Assembly: GCA_002269645.1 (NCBI GenBank)
Contig: NIVC01000460.1
Coordinates: forward strand, 1 to 64,000
Length of the DNA: 64,000 nt
Source of the DNA: Macrostomum lignano
Taxonomy: Eukaryota
Direction: 5' to 3'
Of this stretch, positions 9,723 through 23,281 are shown piece by piece (the stretch's first letter is position 1; each line of letters opens with the position of its first letter). The translations under genes were made by a program, and so were the position numbers. The notes under the pieces are model-generated. The model was not told where the DNA came from and ran no database searches. It saw only the letters and a program-made list of their open reading frames with translations.

Positions 9723-10586
9723 TGTAGAGTGTTCTACCTCCCGTTAAAAAAGGAAAAAAGAAGATAATCGTATAATACTACTATAAGTAAGTAAGTACAC
9801 GCATGTGCGCCTAAGCTTTGAATGAATCACGCTACCAGAAAAAGATGTTACCAGAATAATACGCCATGAGCCATTTTCCCCTTTTAGCGCAACACGTGAA
9901 TTGTCATGATACTATTTTGGATCAAAAACTTGTCTATAAATACAAGCGATCTGAAGCGGTACCGGAGCCATTCTCCCCACGGAAGAGGAGCGCTCCGAAG
10001 AGGAAGCCTTAGGAGGACTTCCTGATCTACCAAGTCAATCGAGACTCGGTCGAGTTGTTGCGGTAAGCCTTCCTTATTTGCGCCCGTTGTGTTAGAGACG
10101 TCTCGCTCAAGTCTATTGAGACTTGAGTCTAATTGAGTCTGTTGAGACTCTTGAGTCTGTTTAGACTCCATTGGTTGCAGTCTCCAGAAGGACTGCCCCT
10201 GATAGATCTTAGAGGACTATCAGTGGTTTCCGGAGCTATACCTAGAGTGCATAGAGGCACTGCTAGAAGAAGGAGGCTTAATTTAGACCGCAGTTTGGCG
10301 CAGGGTACCCATTGTTGCTACGAGGCCTCTGATTGGTCCTGACGGAAGATACCGGCCGGAAGAACTTATCGGAAGTACAAGAGGAACCAGGACCAGAGCA
10401 ACTGAAGAATCAAGGCGCCTGATCTACGAGATCTACTGACAAGTTCCTAGCGAGAACTACTCAAGAAATTCAAATCCGGATTAAAGGTAATTGAATACCT
10501 TCGTTTGACTTACTGGGTTGCCTAGCTGTTGAGCTAGAAGTGATTGTTCCTTGATTATCGAAAGTCGGGTAATAAGGAACACATCA
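9723..10586 (+). repeat. 3' LTR of element 1 (864 bp, TG...CA)
   Basis: Starts TGTAGAG after PPT, ends ACATCA; matches window 1-828. Confidence 0.95.
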
Positions 10587-10762
10587 CAACCGCCGTTTAG
10601 CAATGCTGCACCCATTAATCCCGTAATTAATTAATTATTTATCATTTATTGCCGCGAGAATATTTTTGCGCGCGAGATCAGACTGAAAAATTAATTTTTT
10701 ATATCTGTTGAATTCCCTTGGCTTTGACATTTTTTGTTTGTTACTGCTAATCGGGGCTGGGG

Positions 10763-12713
10763 GACAGGCACTGACAGACAGGCACTGACAGACAGACATT
10801 GACAGACAGGCGCTGACAGACAGGCACAGGCACTGACTGACAGGCGCTGACAGACAGGCATTGACAGACAGGCACTGACAGACAGACATTGACAGACAGA
10901 CACTGACAGACAGGCACTGAAAGGCAGGCACTGACAGACAGGCACTGAAAGGCAGGCACTGACAGACAGGCACTGAAGGACAGGCACTGACAGACAGGCG
11001 CTGACAGACAGGCACAGGCACTGACAGACAGGCGCTGACAGACAGGCATTAACAGCCAGGCACTGACAGACAGACATTGACAGCCAGGCACTGACAGACA
11101 GGCACTGAAAGGCAGGCACTGACAGACAGGCACTGAAAGGCAGGCACTGACAGACAGGCACTGAAGGACAGGCACTGACAGACAGGCGCTGACAGACAGG
11201 CACAGGCACTGACAGACAGGCGCTGACAGACAGGCATTAACAGCCAGGCACTGACAGACAGACATTGACAGACAGACACTGACAGACAAGCACTGACAGA
11301 CAGGCACTGAAAGGCAGGCACTGACAGACAGGCACTGAAGGACAGGCACTGACAGACAGACATTGACAGACAGGCGCTGACAGACAGGCACAGGCACTGA
11401 CAGACAGGCGCTGACAGACAGGCAATAACAGCCAGGCACTGACAGACAGACATTGACAGACAGACACTGACAGACAGGCACTGAAAGGCAGGCACTGACA
11501 GACAGGCACTGAAGGACAGGCACTGAAGGACAGGCACTGAAGGACAGGCACTGACAGACAGGCGCTGACAGACAGGCACAGGCACTGACTGACAGCGCTG
11601 ACAGACAGGCATTGACAGCCAGGCACTGACAGACAGACATTGACAGACAGACACTGAAAGGCAGGCACTGACAGACAGGCACTGAAAGGCAGGCACTGAC
11701 AGACAGGCACTGACAGACAGGCGCTGACAGACAGGCACAGGCACTGACTGACAGGCGCTGACAGACAGGCATTGACAGCCAGGCACTGACAGACAGACAT
11801 TGACAGACAGACACTGACAGACAGGCACTGAAAGGCAGGCACTGACAGACAGGCACTGAAAGGCAGGCACTGACAGACAGGCACTGAAGGACAGGCACTG
11901 ACAGACAGGCGCTGACAGACAGGCACAGGCACTGACAGACAGGCGCTGACAGACAGGCATTAACAGCCAGGCACTGACAGACAGACATTGACAGACAGAC
12001 ACTGACAGACAAGCACTGACAGACAGGCACTGAAAGGCAGGCACTGACAGACAGGCACTGAAGGACAGGCACTGACAGACAGACATTGACAGACAGGCGC
12101 TGACAGACAGGCACATGCACTGACAGACAGGCGCTGACAGACAGGCAATAACAGCCAGGCACTGACAGACAGACATTGACAGACAGACACTGACAGACAG
12201 GCACTGAAAGGCAGGCACTGACAGACAGGCACTGAAGGACAGGCACTGAAGGACAGGCACTGACAGACAGGCGCTGACAGACAGGCACAGGCACTGACTG
12301 ACAGCGCTGACAGACAGGCATTGACAGCCAGGCACTGACAGACAGACATTGACAGACAGACACTGACAGACAGGCACTGAAAGGCAGGCACTGACAGACA
12401 GGCACTGAAAGGCAGGCACTGACAGACAGGCACTGACAGACAGACATTGACAGACAGGCGCTGACAGACAGGCACAGGCACTGACTGACAGGCGCTGACA
12501 GACAGGCATTGACAGCCAGGCACTGACAGACAGACATTGACAGACAGACACTGACAGACAGGCACTGAAAGGCAGGCACTGACAGACAGGCACTGACAGA
12601 CAGGCACTGAAAGGCAGGCACTGAAGGACAGGCACTGACAGACAGACATTGACAGACAGGCACTGACTGACAGATATTGACAGACAGACACTGAAAGGCA
12701 GGCACTGACAGAT
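10763..12713. repeat. Minisatellite, 14-bp core GGCACTGACAGACA with higher-order variants
   Basis: About 1.9 kb tandem array; explains the spurious Cys/Val/Ser-rich ORFs. Confidence 0.95.
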
Positions 12714-13860
12714 AAGACTAAATCGCTAAGCTGCTTGTGATCATTGTGTATCTATTTTTGATAAAATTGAAGAAGAAAATATTTAAAATTGAAGCACGCA
12801 GTGTTCGAACCTCGGAAAAAGGACAAAGGCTAACAAGGGCTAACTGCGATGTTTAGCATTCATCGTAACAAAGCTGTGACCGAGTGTGAGCAGCAATACT
12901 CAGCAATATAAAAATGACTGATTGACTCGCGAGATCAAATCGCAGTGATATAATACTATTCATTACCAGTATATTAATAGAAATAATATTTTATCGCATT
13001 TTCGCAACATATCGGCAGACAAAAATGAAACTAAAATGAATCAGTTTTGCAGCATGCAGAAGCGCCTGAAATATCATTGTCTGTTCAATAAAAGACAATA
13101 GCTGAATGACAAGAAATTACTACCATACTACTTACCAAGCTGCGTAAGTAGTGCAGTTTGTACTACCTTAAAACCTCGAGTGACAAATAATTACATTGTC
13201 AATGCAATGTACAACAATCCAACATTGCTACTACTCGAGTATACATTGGTCGGGAGTAGCAGTAGTATAATTAGCGCATGCAGAGGCTTTAATGAAAGGG
13301 ATAAAATGAATAAAAGCAGAAATTTTCACTGATCCCACAGGCTGGAAGACAAAAAAGAATGGTAGAAAAATAATTTCCCTTATCCTCTGATAATTTAATA
13401 ACCTTACAGTACTACTACTACTGGCCAGAAATTAAGTAGTGAAAGCTGCTTATAGCCAGACGGAAAAAGCAAGGCAAATCGAGGCAGGACAAGGCAAAGC
13501 CAATAAGTAGTTGAGCAATCAGCATGCTTGTTGAATAAAACGGATCGGAGATCAAAATATTTAAAATAGTCTTTTTATCAGATTTTTAGCTGAAAAATAT
13601 ACAATATAATAATAAATAATAAAATTAATTAACAAACTGGAGGTGCAGAAGGTATGATGCATTGGCATTTCTAACTAGGCAGTCTGAAAATCATGTACAA
13701 GTATAACTGAAAATTGTTCTGTTCAGCTGCAATCCACTGTACGGCCTCTAGTGACGATTATGAACAGGTTACGCGCTACTGTAAGTAGGCACTTGCAACT
13801 GCATTATTTAAATCTTGAAGGAGAAAATATTTCACCTTTCCAAAACAATCGGCGTGAGGG

Positions 13861-14510
13861 TCAATTTGGCAAAATATTCTTATGTGGGGTCATTTGACCC
13901 CTGGAAAAATATTCTTGTGGGGTCATTTGACCCCTGGCAACATATTTTTATGGGGGGTAATGGGGGACCCCTGCCAAAGCTTTCTTCTGGAAAACCAGGA
14001 AACCAGGAAAATATTCTTATGTGGGGTCATTGGACCCCTGACAAAATATTCTTCTGGGGGGTCATTTGACCGCTGGAAAAATATTCTTATGTGGGGTCAT
14101 TTGACCGCTGGAAAAATATTCTTCTGGGGGTCATTTGACAAAATACGAGGGTTCTTCTGGGGTGTCATTTGACCCCCTGACGAAATATTCTTTTGAAGGG
14201 GGTCATTTGACATCCACGAGCTTAGGAGGGGGCAAATAGATTTCTCTGAAACAATCGCGGGTTTCTCTGTTTTACTCAACTCAATCTATTGAATTAAGGG
14301 TTTGAGCTCCTGTAAAAATAAAATAAGAGGGGTCATAGGACCCCCATCTAAATCAGGTCGAGTAGAGGGGTCATTTGACCTCCTCAAGACAATCAGAAAA
14401 AAGCTCATTTGTAGGGGGTCTCCTGACTCCTCAAATCCCACCTGGGAGGTCAGAGCTTACATTATATACACAAAATAGGGCTCGGTAGATCCGGGGTCAC
14501 TTGACCATCC
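13861..14510. repeat. 33-34 bp tandem repeat with palindromic core GGGGTCATTTGACCCC, degenerating toward 14510
   Basis: Repeated AAAATATTCTTATGTGGGGTCATTTGACCCCTGG units immediately downstream of the cytospin stop codon. Confidence 0.85.
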
Positions 14511-14527
14511 CAATAACAGGCCGCCAG

Positions 14528-17500
14528 CTACCCAGCCGCAGTCTCGAACCGGACATAGATGCTGGCCACGTAGGACATGACGGCATTCCAGTCCGGCCGC
14601 TCCACGGACACCATATCGTCCAGACTCAGCGTAGTCTTTATCCCAGCTGACTCGGCCGCTTTGAAAGCCACCAGAAAATTTCTGCGCTTATCCTCTGGCG
14701 TCAGCTGGGCGTAGGGCACCCGGTCCGGCAGGTAGCGGTGCAGCAGGCCGCACATCGCCATGCCGTCATTCCAGGAGCTGGAGAAGTTGGTCACCTCGGT
14801 GTGCGGGTAGCCGGCCAGGCAGCTCTGGCACCAGCGCAGCAGGCCGTTCCGCTTGGAGCCGCCGTGCCGCTTGGCCAACTCAGCCAGGGGGTCCGCAGTG
14901 GGAGTTGAGATGCCCGACGACGGAGCGGCAGCCACTGAGGAGCTCGCCGGGGCTGGCGACGGTCGAAGCTGACAAGAGGACTGCGGCAGCGGCTGCGGCA
15001 GCTGCGATGCGGAAGGATTTAACGGCGGCGGAGTGACGTCATGCTGGGCCGACAGGGAGGGCGACTCGTCGCGAATGGACTCCAGTGCCGTGGTGGACAT
15101 GTTGGGGTAGGAGCAGCGGATGAGAGCGGACTGGCCCCAGGAGCTGCCGCTGCGGCTGAGCGGATGGCGGAGCTGCTGCTGCTGCTGTGGCTGCTGCTGC
15201 TGATCCGGATTCTGCTGAAGCTGCTGCTGCTGCTGCTGTTGTTGCTGCTCCAGGGGAACCGTTGGAACGCTTGTGCGACGGGTTTTCACCTGGATTAATA
15301 AGTAAAACAAATGATTGATAGGCCCAAGGAAATATATTCTGACGATGTGATATCAAATCATATCAACTGGAAAGTACACCTAAAACCCATTGAAACTACA
15401 CATCAAACCCACCGGAAACTGCACATCAAACCCACCGGAAACTACACATCAAACCCACCGGAAACTGCACCCCAAACCCACCGGAAACTACACATCACAC
15501 CAATCGGAAGCTACACCCAAAACCCACCGGAAACTACACCCAAAACCCACCGGAAACTACACCAAGAAACCCACCCGAAACTACACCCAAAACCCACCGG
15601 AAACTACACCCAAAACCCACCGGAAACTACACACCAAACCCACCGGAAACTACACCCAAAACCCACCGGAAACTACACCAAGAAACCCACCGGAAACTGC
15701 AACCCAAACACACCGGAAACTACACCCAAAACCCACCGGAAACTACACACCAAACCCACCGGAAACTACACCCAAAACCCACCGGAAACTACACCCAAAA
15801 CCCACCGGAAACTACACCCAAAACCCACCGGAAACTGCACCCCAAACACACCGGAAACTACACCCAAAACCCACCGGAAACTACACCCAAAACCCACCGG
15901 AAACTACACCCAAAACCCACTGGAAACTACACCCAAAACCCACCGGAAACTACACCCAAAACCCACCGGAAACTACACCCGAAACCCACCGGAAACTACA
16001 CCCAAAACCCCCCGGAAACTGCACCCCAAACACACCGGAAACTACACCCAAAACCCACCGGAAACTACACCCAAAACCCACCGGAAACTACACCCAAAAC
16101 CCACCGGAAACTACACCAAGAAACCCACCGGAAACTGCACCTAAACGCACCGGAAACTGCATCCCCAAAACTCACCGAGTCGGCAACCGCAGTCGCTGCC
16201 GCGGCAGTCGGCGGGCTGTCGGGACTCGGCCCTCGCTTCACGGTCTCCTCAATAGAATGGATGAGAGATTTCACCTGAGTAGAAGCGGCCTGCCTCTGCT
16301 CCAATTTGCGCAGAGCCCGCATATTGGCCAGCTCTTTGCCAACTGTGCTGGCCAACTCGCGGCTGGGAAAGTCGCGCTGCTGCTGCTGCTGTTGCTGTTG
16401 CTGCTGTTGAAGCTGCTGCTGCTGCTGCAACTGCTGCAGTTGGCTCTTCAGATGTTCGAGTTCACTACGAGCCGAAGTCAGCTCGGCCATTAATTTCCTG
16501 TTGTCCTCGCTCAGCTGGCTCCGCTCCCGAGTCCAGTCCGACAGCAGCTTCTCCGCTTCCTGCTTGACATCGTCCGCCACCTGCACTGTGCGCAGCAGGT
16601 CCTGCTCGTACGAGCGCCATTCGTCGAGCTCTTGGGCGGCTCGCTGCTCAGACTCCTGTGTGAGTATAGAAGCAGGTGTGACGATGCAATGATGCAGGAA
16701 GTTTTTGAAATCCCCTTACATGACACCGGAAATTTCCTATCTTTGAAATCCCTAAAACACCGGAAATATTCCATCATTGAATTCCCTAAAACACCGGAAA
16801 TATCCTATCTTTGAAAACCCAAAACACCGGAAATATCTCATGCTTGAAATCCCCACAACACCGGAAATATCCGAACAACACCGGAAAAATCCCAACAACT
16901 CCGAAATTATCCAATTCTTAAACTCTCCAAAACAACGGAAATATCCTATCTTTAAAATCTCAAAACACCGGAAACACCCCATCTTTAAAATCCCAAAACA
17001 TCGGAAAAATCTCATCCTTGAAATCCCTACAACACCGGAAATATCCCATCCTTGAACTCCCTAAAACACCGGAAATATCCTTTCCTTGAAATCCCAAACA
17101 CCGGAAATATCCCATCCTTGAAATTCCAAACACCGGAAACATGCTCACAGCCAGTCGAACCCGCAGGCTCTCGCAGGCAGCCTCAGATTCGGTCAGCTCG
17201 GCCTCCAGCCTCTTGGCTCGATCCGCCTCAGCTTCGGCGGCTGCCCTAGCATCGGCTGTGGCCGTCTGCTGGCTGGCCAGCGACTCGGCCAGGTTGCGTC
17301 GCTGCTCACCGGCAAGCTGCAGCTCCTGCGCCTGCTGCTGCAGCTGATCGCGCAGCTCCGATGCAGCCTTCTCGGCTGATAGGCGAAGGTCTTGGAGCTG
17401 GCCGGTCAGCTGCAGGTTGGACTCGTCTAGGCGGCTCAGCTCCTCCTGCATCCGGGAGCGCGGGTTTCCGGGGAGATTAGAAAGGGGAAACATGGAAGAC

Positions 17501-18584
17501 GGGGATTCAGGGGAGATGGGAAGAGAGGGGAAATGGGAAGAGAGGGGAGGGAAGAGAAGGGAGATGGGAAGAGGGGGGGAGATGGGAAGAGGGGGGATGG
17601 GAAGAAGGGAGGTGGGAAGAGAGGGGGGATGGGAAGAGAGGGAAGAGGAAGAAGAGAGATGGGAAGAGAGAGGAGATGGGAAGAAGGGAGATGGGAAGAG
17701 AGGGGAGATGGGAAGAGATGGAAAATGGGAAGAGGGGGATGGGAAGAAGGGAGATGGGAAGAGAGGGGAGAGGAAGAAGAGAGATGAGAAGAGAGAGGGG
17801 ATGGGAAGAAGGGAGATGGGAAGAGAGGGGGATGGGAAGAGGGGGGGGGTGGGAAGAAGGGAGATGGGAAGAGAGGGGAGATGGGAAGAGATGGAAAATG
17901 GGAAGAGGGGGATAAGAAGAAGGGAGATGGGAAGAGAGGGGAGAGGAAGAAGAGAAATGGGAAGAGAGGGGAGAGGAAGAAGGGAGATGGGAATAGAGGG
18001 GGGATGGGAAGAGGGGGATGGGAAGAAGGGAGATGGGAAGAGAGTGGAGATGGGAAGAGAGGGAAAATGGGAAGAGAGGGGAGATAGGAAGAGGGGGATG
18101 GGAAAAGAGGGGAGATGGGAAGAGAGGGGGGATGGGAAGAGAGGGAAATGGGAAGAGAGGGGGGATGGGAAGAGAGTGGAGATGGGAAGAGGGGGAATGG
18201 GAAGAGAGGGGATGGAAATGGGTAAGAGAGAGGAAGAGAAGAGTGGGGAGATGGGGCACTAAGCTACCCCTTATCCCCATAGGAAGGTGGAGGATTTGAA
18301 TGCTGGTTGCATTCTGTCGGGCCCTCACCTGAGCTCTAGACAGCTCGCACGCCAATTTCTCCTTCTGCTCCAGCATTGACTGCAGCTCGCTGGCCGTGCT
18401 GACCGCATCGTCGCTGTTAAGCTCCTTTAACCGCTCGAAATCCGCCTTGGAGCTCTCGTACAGCTGCTTGAAGCGGGCCACCTCCCGTCTGAGAGAGTTG
18501 CAGCGGCCTTCCAGCTCGATGGCCAATCGGTCCCGCTTTAACCGGTCGATTTCGTCTGACTTGGCCTGAAGTACAGTTTACAGA

Positions 18585-18624
<40 letters not shown>

Positions 18625-18716
18625 ATAGTGTCTGTCTGTCTGTCTGTCTGCCTGTCTGTCATAGTGTCTGTCTGTCTGTCTGTCTGTCTGTCATAGTGTC
18701 TGTCTGTCTGTCATAG

Positions 18717-18779
<63 letters not shown>

Positions 18780-18808
18780 GTGTCTGTCTGTCTGCCTGTC
18801 TGTCATAG

Positions 18809-18845
<37 letters not shown>

Positions 18846-18884
18846 TAGTGTCTGTCTGTCTGTCTGTCTGTCTGTCTGCCTGCC

Positions 18885-18937
<53 letters not shown>

Positions 18938-21062
18938 GCCTGCCTGCCTGTCTGTCTGTGTCTGTCTGTCTGTCTGTCTGCCTGCCTGTCTATCTGTCTG
19001 TCTGTTTGTCCTAGTGTCTGTCTGTCACAGCCCATCTGCAGCCCCTTACCTGCTGCCGCAGGTCGGCCATCTGCGCATGCTGCTGCTGCAGCTGCTCTCT
19101 CAGCTCGGCATTCGCGGACTCCAGCTGCCGCTCGGACTCCAGCCGGGCAGCCAAGGCGTCGGCCTTCTCGGCGCAGGCGATGTCCAGCAGCTCCAGCAGT
19201 TGCCGCTCCCGTTCGGCCAGGCGCGCCGTCCTCCGACGAATATCCGAGGTTAGCAGGGACTTCAGCGACTCCACAGTGCGGCGGCTCCGATCCAGACTCT
19301 CAGTCTGGTGGTAGAGCGACTCAAGCAGTACCTGGGGACACGGGGGTGGTTGGGAAGAGAATTCAAGTTTTAACACTAGCAATAGGTGAATGATCTGAAT
19401 ACTGGTAAACATATGTGAACACAGGTGAACATGGATTTGAAAACTGGTGAACATAGATGTGAACACTGGTGAACATAGTAAGTTGTGAACACCGGTGATC
19501 ATAGATGTGAACACTGGTGAACATAGTTGTGAACACTTGGTGAACATAAATGTGAACACTGGTGAACATAGATGTGAACACTGGTGATCATAGATGTTGT
19601 AGTGCGCTTGTGCGCGAAATATAAAGTGGTCTCGTGGACCATATATTTGAGTTAATATATAGTCACTGCCGACGTGCGGCTACCACGTTATGCAATGGTT
19701 AAGGGGGGGTGGGGCAGAGCTAGCGCACGTTGGTCGAGAGAACTCAAGCTATAGTCACATACAAGCCTACAGGCGTAGAGGGGCGTACACTACAGATGTA
19801 AACACTTGGTGAACATAAATGTGAACACTGGTGAACATAGATGTGAACACTGGTGATCATAGATGTAAACACTTGGTGAACATAAATGTGAACACTGGTG
19901 AACATAGATGTGAACACTGGTGATCATAGATGTAAACACTTGGTGAACATAAATGTGAACACTGGTGAACAAAGACCAGCAAATGAAAGGCGTGAAAGCA
20001 GCAAATGACGCCACCAACCTGTTTCTCCCCAACCAGATTCTCATTCTCATCAGTGAGGTGGGTGTTCCTCAGCTGCAGCTCAGCCAGCTCCAACAGCGTT
20101 GCCTGCAGCTCTTCCGTCGCGCTGAAGTTTGCCTCCTCCATCTGGGCCAGACGCTGGCGCATCTCCGCGGCTGCTCCGCCAGCTTCGGCAGCAACGTCGG
20201 CAGGAACGTCGGCCAGAGGCGAAGTGGCCGCCGGCACTGCGCTGGCAGCGGCCGCGGCAGAGCGGCGCAGTCGCTGGCACTCGGACTCGAGCTGGGCCAT
20301 TCGAGCCTCCCTAGCAGCCGCTTCCGCTTTAGCCGCCTCCAGTTCCGCTTTGAGTCGTTCCGCTTCCGCTTTGCCGCGACTACCTGCGCCGCGGACACTC
20401 TTCTCTCGTTCCAGACCGGCGGCGCTACTAGAAGACGGCTCGCCAGCAGAAGCAGCGGCGATGGCGCCGTCGGAAGCAACAGACTCGGCAGCGGCTGTTG
20501 CAGTAGAAGAGCAGCAAATTATCGAAGCCGACACGGCGGAAGCGGCGCCTGCGGCGGCGTTGGTCCCGGCGCCGCCGGTTGCGACAGCTGCAGAATGAGG
20601 CGTCGGGGCGATGCCCTGAGCGGATGAGGACTTCTTCATCGGCTGCTGAATGCCGCGACCGCCGCTATTAGAAGCAGACCGGCCAGACAGAGTCGCCGTT
20701 CGCAGGCCGAGGTTCTCCTGACTGCGGGACACGATCGAATTCGCCTGTTGCTGCTGCTGCTGGGCTACCGCTGTTGAAGCTGAAGAGATCGGCAGGGTGG
20801 CGCGCTTGACCCGGCCGCCCCCGCTGCGATGCTGCTGCGACACCGCGGCTGAGCCAGCAGCCGCTGGATCGCTGGGCGTCTTGGCGTGACTGTGATGATG
20901 ATTATTGTGACTACTGCCGACACTATTCGTATTGTTGCAGGCTGCCACTAGGGGAATTCGCGGTGAATTGCTTGCACCGCCGCCGACGCTGCTGCTGTTC
21001 GACTTTTTGTCCTCTCGCATGCCGGGCTGCTGCCGTGGCCCGCTGCAGTGCATGGCGGACAT
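14528..21062 (-). CDS. SPECC1L: Cytospin-A / SPECC1L-like coiled-coil protein with C-terminal calponin-homology domain (about 1033 aa, 6 coding exons)
   Basis: Exons 21062-20019, 19331-19050, 18565-18329, 17445-17149, 16655-16176, 15289-14528, all GT-AG and phase 0, joining into one frame. C-terminal [59 protein letters not shown] and [18 protein letters not shown] match cytospin. Confidence 0.9.
15375..16165. repeat. Intronic minisatellite, 23-bp unit CGGAAACTACACCCAAAACCCAC
   Basis: Tandem array filling cytospin intron 5. Confidence 0.93.
16715..17140. repeat. Intronic minisatellite, about 33-bp unit CACCGGAAATATCCCATCCTTGAAATCCCAAAA
   Basis: Degenerate tandem array in cytospin intron 4. 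Confidence 0.88.
17480..18258. repeat. GA-rich low-complexity repeat (GGGAGATGGGAAGAGA)
   Basis: Purine tract filling cytospin intron 3. Confidence 0.9.
18585..19027. repeat. (TCTG)n microsatellite
   Basis: Cytospin intron 2. Confidence 0.95.
19405..19970. repeat. 22-bp minisatellite GTGAACACTGGTGAACATAGAT, interrupted by a solo LTR
   Basis: Cytospin intron 1. Confidence 0.88.
19598..19794. mobile_element. 197-bp solo LTR-like insertion
   Basis: Termini TGTAGTG...CACTACA (7-bp inverted repeat, TG..CA) flanked by 5-bp TSD GATGT (19593-19597 and 19795-19799). Confidence 0.8.
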
Positions 21063-21111
21063 TTTGCGCTTATCATTGAGTGTTCCTTGGATCTCTGAGT
21101 GTCTATTCGAT

Positions 21112-22345
21112 CTCTGACTGTCCCTTGGTTGTCTGACTGTCCCTTGGTTGTCTATGACTGTCCCTTGGTTGTCTATGACTGTCCCTTGGTTGTCTATGAC
21201 TGTCCCTTGGTTGTCTAACTGTCCCTTGGTTGTCTGACTGTCCCTTGGTTGTCTGACTGTCCCTTGGTTGTCTATGACTGACTGTCCTTGGTTGTCTGAC
21301 TGTCCCTTGGTTGTCTATGACTGACTGTCCCTTGGTTGTCTGACTGTCCCTTGGTTGTCTGACTGTCCCTTGGTTGTCTATGACTGTCCCTTGGATCTCT
21401 GAGTGTCTCTTCGATCTCTATGACTGTCCCTTGGTTGTCTATGACTGACTGTCCCTTGGTTGTCTATGACTGACTGTCCCTTGGTTGTCTATGACTGTCC
21501 CTTGGATCTCTGAGTGTCTCTTCGATCTCTATGACTGTCCCTTGGTTATCTATGACTGTCCCTTGGTTGTCTATGACTGTCCCTTGGATCTCTGAGTGTC
21601 TCTTCGATCTCTATGACTGTCCCTTGGTTGTCTATGACTGTCCCTTGGTTGTCTATGACTGTCCCTTGGTTGTCTATGACTGACTGTCCCTTGGTTGTCT
21701 GACTGTCCCTTGGTTGTCTATGACTGACTGTCCCTTGGTTGTCTATGACTGTCCCTTGGATCTCTGAGTGTCTCTTCGATCTCTATGACCGTCCCTTGGT
21801 TGTCTATGACTGTCCCTTGGTTGTCTATGACTGTCCCTTGGTTGTCTATGACTGACTGTCCCTTGGTTGTCTGACTGTCCCTTGGTTGTCTATGACTGAC
21901 TGTCCCTTGGTTGTCTGACTGTCCCTTGGTTGTCTGACTGTCCCTTGGTTGTCTATGACTGTCCCTTGGATCTCTGAGTGTCTCTTCGATCTCTATGACT
22001 GTCCCTTGGTTGTCTATGACTGTCCCTGGATCTCTATGACTGTCCCTTGGTTGTCTATGACTGACTGTCCCTTGGTTGTCTGACTGTCCCTTGGTTGTCT
22101 GACTGTCCCTTGGTTGTCTATGACTGTCCCTTGGATCTCTGAGTGTCTCTTCGATCTCTATGACTGTCCCTTGGTTGTCTATGACTGTCCCTGGATCTCT
22201 ATGAGTGTCTCTTCAATCTCTATGACTGTCCCTTGGATCTCTGAGTGTCTCTTCGATCTTTATGACTGTCCCTTGGTTGTCTATGACTGTCACTTGGTTG
22301 TCTATGACTGTCCCTTGCATGTCTATGACTGTCCCTTAGATGTAT
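21112..22345. repeat. 21-bp minisatellite TGACTGTCCCTTGGTTGTCTA with 19/25-bp variants
   Basis: Tandem array just upstream of the cytospin ATG. Confidence 0.93.
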
Positions 22346-23281
22346 GTGTCCCTTTAATCTCTACATGAGTGTCTCCTCGATCGCTATGAGTATCTCTTCA
22401 TTCTCTATGAGTGTCTCTTTAATTTCAGAGTGTCTCATCAATCTCTTATGGGTGTCTCTTCAATCTCTTTGAGTGTGCCTTTAATCTTGTCTCTTCGATC
22501 GCTATGAGTGTCCCTCAAATCTCTGAGCGTCCCCTTTTCTCTGTATGAGTGTCTTTTCAATCCCTATGAAGTTTTTTAATATCTGAGTGTTCCTCCAATC
22601 TAGTTCGTATGTTCACTGCAGAGGTACTTTTTCTATAAAAAAAGAATTAAATAACAAAGAAGTTTTCGAAATCTGACAAAAACAGAGAAAACAGGCAAAA
22701 CAATTTATTTGAAATCACTCAAGTGAACATACTAATGAGATAAAAAGTATCGTATTTAGTGGGTGTCCAATAGTATGCGTTAATGATACTACTCATCGGC
22801 TTTGGCTGAGTAGTACAATAAATAGTTGAGAAAAAAACGTAGAAAAAAAGCAAAAAAATGAAAGGAAGTCGAAAGCTAAAAATTTGAAGTTGTACTTTTA
22901 AATTTAAAAGACACTTCCTTATTTGTATTTAAAAAACATAAAGCTATATAACTAACCAAAAAGAAAGTAAAATATATAAGAAAAAGTCAAGAAATAAACA
23001 AAAGCTAACTGTGGTTCGTTCGGACAACACAGCACGGGACTAAATGGTGAAGTAAAAAAGATTAAAATAGTTTTTTCTATGACGGTAATGGTAGGCAATC
23101 GGAATTAAAACCACAGCTACTAGAAGAACTGATATGTCACTCACAATTAACATTGTGAAAAATTAGAACGTCTACTCTTTATTCAGTAGTTTAACTGATT
23201 AGTGCTACTTAAATTTAATGTGGTAGCTAAAATTTTCTTTCCTTTCTCGGGAAACTCAGCTATAGTGGGGGGGGGGGGGGG

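Larger units (their letters stand above)
1..10586 (+). mobile_element. Ty3/gypsy LTR retrotransposon / candidate endogenous virus (element 1): LTR-gag/env-pol-RING ORF-LTR
   Basis: Direct repeat with offset 9758 (1-828 = 9759-10586), intact ORFs with Gag zinc knuckle, protease, RT, RNase H, integrase (RT-RH-IN order), PBS-like TGG after the 5' LTR and PPT before the 3' LTR. The 5' LTR starts about 36 bp before the window, so the TSD cannot be checked. Confidence 0.97.

Noticed and set aside
10635-12705. Long Cys/Val/Ser-rich minus ORFs up to 652 aa
   Set aside because: Translations of the 14-bp minisatellite; periodic and open in several frames.
15311-19393. Plus-strand ORFs over the cytospin locus ([18 protein letters not shown] repeats)
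   Set aside because: Intronic repeat translations or antisense shadows of GC-rich exons.
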